Origin: Bacteroidales bacterium
GTDB lineage: Bacteria; Bacteroidota; Bacteroidia; Bacteroidales; P3
Direction of reading: 5' to 3'
Assembly: GCA_031263015.1 (NCBI GenBank)
Contig: JAISGN010000007.1
Coordinates: 313 to 64,312 of the forward strand
Length of the DNA stretch: 64,000 nt
This document shows, piece by piece, positions 63,205 through 64,000 of the stretch. The notes beneath the pieces were generated by a model that worked only from the letters and a program-made list of their open reading frames with translations, had not been told where the DNA came from and did not search any database. The position numbers and the translations under genes were made by a program. Numbering within the stretch: position 1 is the stretch's first letter; the number at the start of each line of letters is the position of its first letter.

Positions 63205-64000
63205 ATGAAAATATCAAAATTCCATCTGCTGTTAGCTGCTTTGATTCTTACCTTTGTTGCATGTAAGCCGTCAAAACAATACAATGAGCAGACGACAGAC
63301 TATTCCAAAACGGACATACCTCTTTTCAATGCCGACTCTGCTTATTCCTACGTTGCCGAACAATGTTCCTTCGGACCGAGAGTTCCTATGAGCGAGGCAC
63401 ATCGGCGTTGCGGCGAATACATCATTGACTTTATGAAACGGCATTGCGATACTGTTTATGAGCAACGCTTTAATACCGAACTCTATGATGGTACTGCCGT
63501 TACGGGAACAAACATCATCGCCGTCATCAATCCTTCGGCAACCGACAGAGTTCTTTTGGCGGCACACTGGGATAGTCGCGCGTGGGCGGATAACGATAAG
63601 GACACCGCCAACCATAATAAGCCGGTCATGGGAGCAAATGACGGGGCAAGCGGAGTTGGTATCCTGATGGAGATAGCAAGAATCATTAAAACCAAACCTT
63701 GCAATCAGGGCATAGATATTGTTTTCTTTGATTTGGAAGACCAGGGCGCTCCGTCATGGGCAGATTATCAGGCGGAAGACCAAAGAGACTGGTGTCTGGG
63801 GTCTCAATACTGGTCGCAGAATCTTCATTTGCCGTTTTACACTGCTAATTACGGCATTCTATTAGATATGGTCGGCTACTCATCTGCCCGTTTCACGAAA
63901 GAGTATCAGTCAATGGGCTATGCGGAATCAATCATGAACAAGGTATGGGATGTTGCTGCGAGTTTAGGATACGGGAACATTTTCCTCAATGAAAGAACCG
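63205..64000 (+). CDS. M28-family glutaminyl-peptide cyclotransferase-like lipoprotein; 3' end cut by the window edge
   Basis: The frame is open from ATG 63205 to the window end and is not in the track. The lipoprotein signal is MKISKFHLLLAALILTFVAC. AAHWDSR, GANDGASGVG and FFDLEDQG are M28/QC metal-site motifs. Confidence 0.8.
   Translation, partial: MKISKFHLLLAALILTFVACKPSKQYNEQTTDYSKTDIPLFNADSAYSYVAEQCSFGPRVPMSEAHRRCGEYIIDFMKRHCDTVYEQRFNTELYDGTAVTGTNIIAVINPSATDRVLLAAHWDSRAWADNDKDTANHNKPVMGANDGASGVGILMEIARIIKTKPCNQGIDIVFFDLEDQGAPSWADYQAEDQRDWCLGSQYWSQNLHLPFYTANYGILLDMVGYSSARFTKEYQSMGYAESIMNKVWDVAASLGYGNIFLNERT

Overview
This is a chromosomal window from a Bacteroidota, probably a Bacteroidales-like organism. 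The evidence is TAnnTTTG -7 promoter boxes 20-45 nt upstream of most start codons, T9SS C-terminal sorting domains, PorT, a FeoA-FeoB fusion, and the overall gene content. All product calls come from motifs I recognise in the translated ORFs; no database search was run.

Most of the window is housekeeping:
- A minus-strand dcw cluster (mraZ-rsmH-ftsL-ftsI-murE-mraY-murD'-ftsW).
- feoAB, a DUF349 protein, a LolA-like protein, ftsK, tRNA-Gln(CUG), purH, mreB and bcp.
- An M23 peptidase, a YfcC-type transporter, aguA, tsaC, kdsB, frr, a DegT aminotransferase with a sugar transferase, porT, ansA, a GH29 fucosidase and mnmA.

Accessory or unusual content:
1. A roughly 4.9-kb islet sits at the left edge, where the dcw cluster stops after ftsW. 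It holds a Bro-N/DinD gene, a two-gene operon encoding a membrane-anchored minimal nucleotidyltransferase with a 128-aa partner, palindromic repeats, and two tandem hairpin RNAs.
2. Two paralogous GLUG-repeat T9SS cargo proteins (1673 and 817 aa).
3. Two paralogous TPR genes built from near-identical 105-bp units.
4. The strongest unexplained signal is a dispersed family of 21-bp-phased tandem arrays with an AAACAGCCTTT / AAAGGCTGTTT core. Some carry a GTGCGTGTCGCAC hairpin head. They fill at least 15 intergenic regions and repeatedly sit exactly between back-to-back promoters.

murD is reduced to its C-terminal domain, and mreB lacks mreCD.
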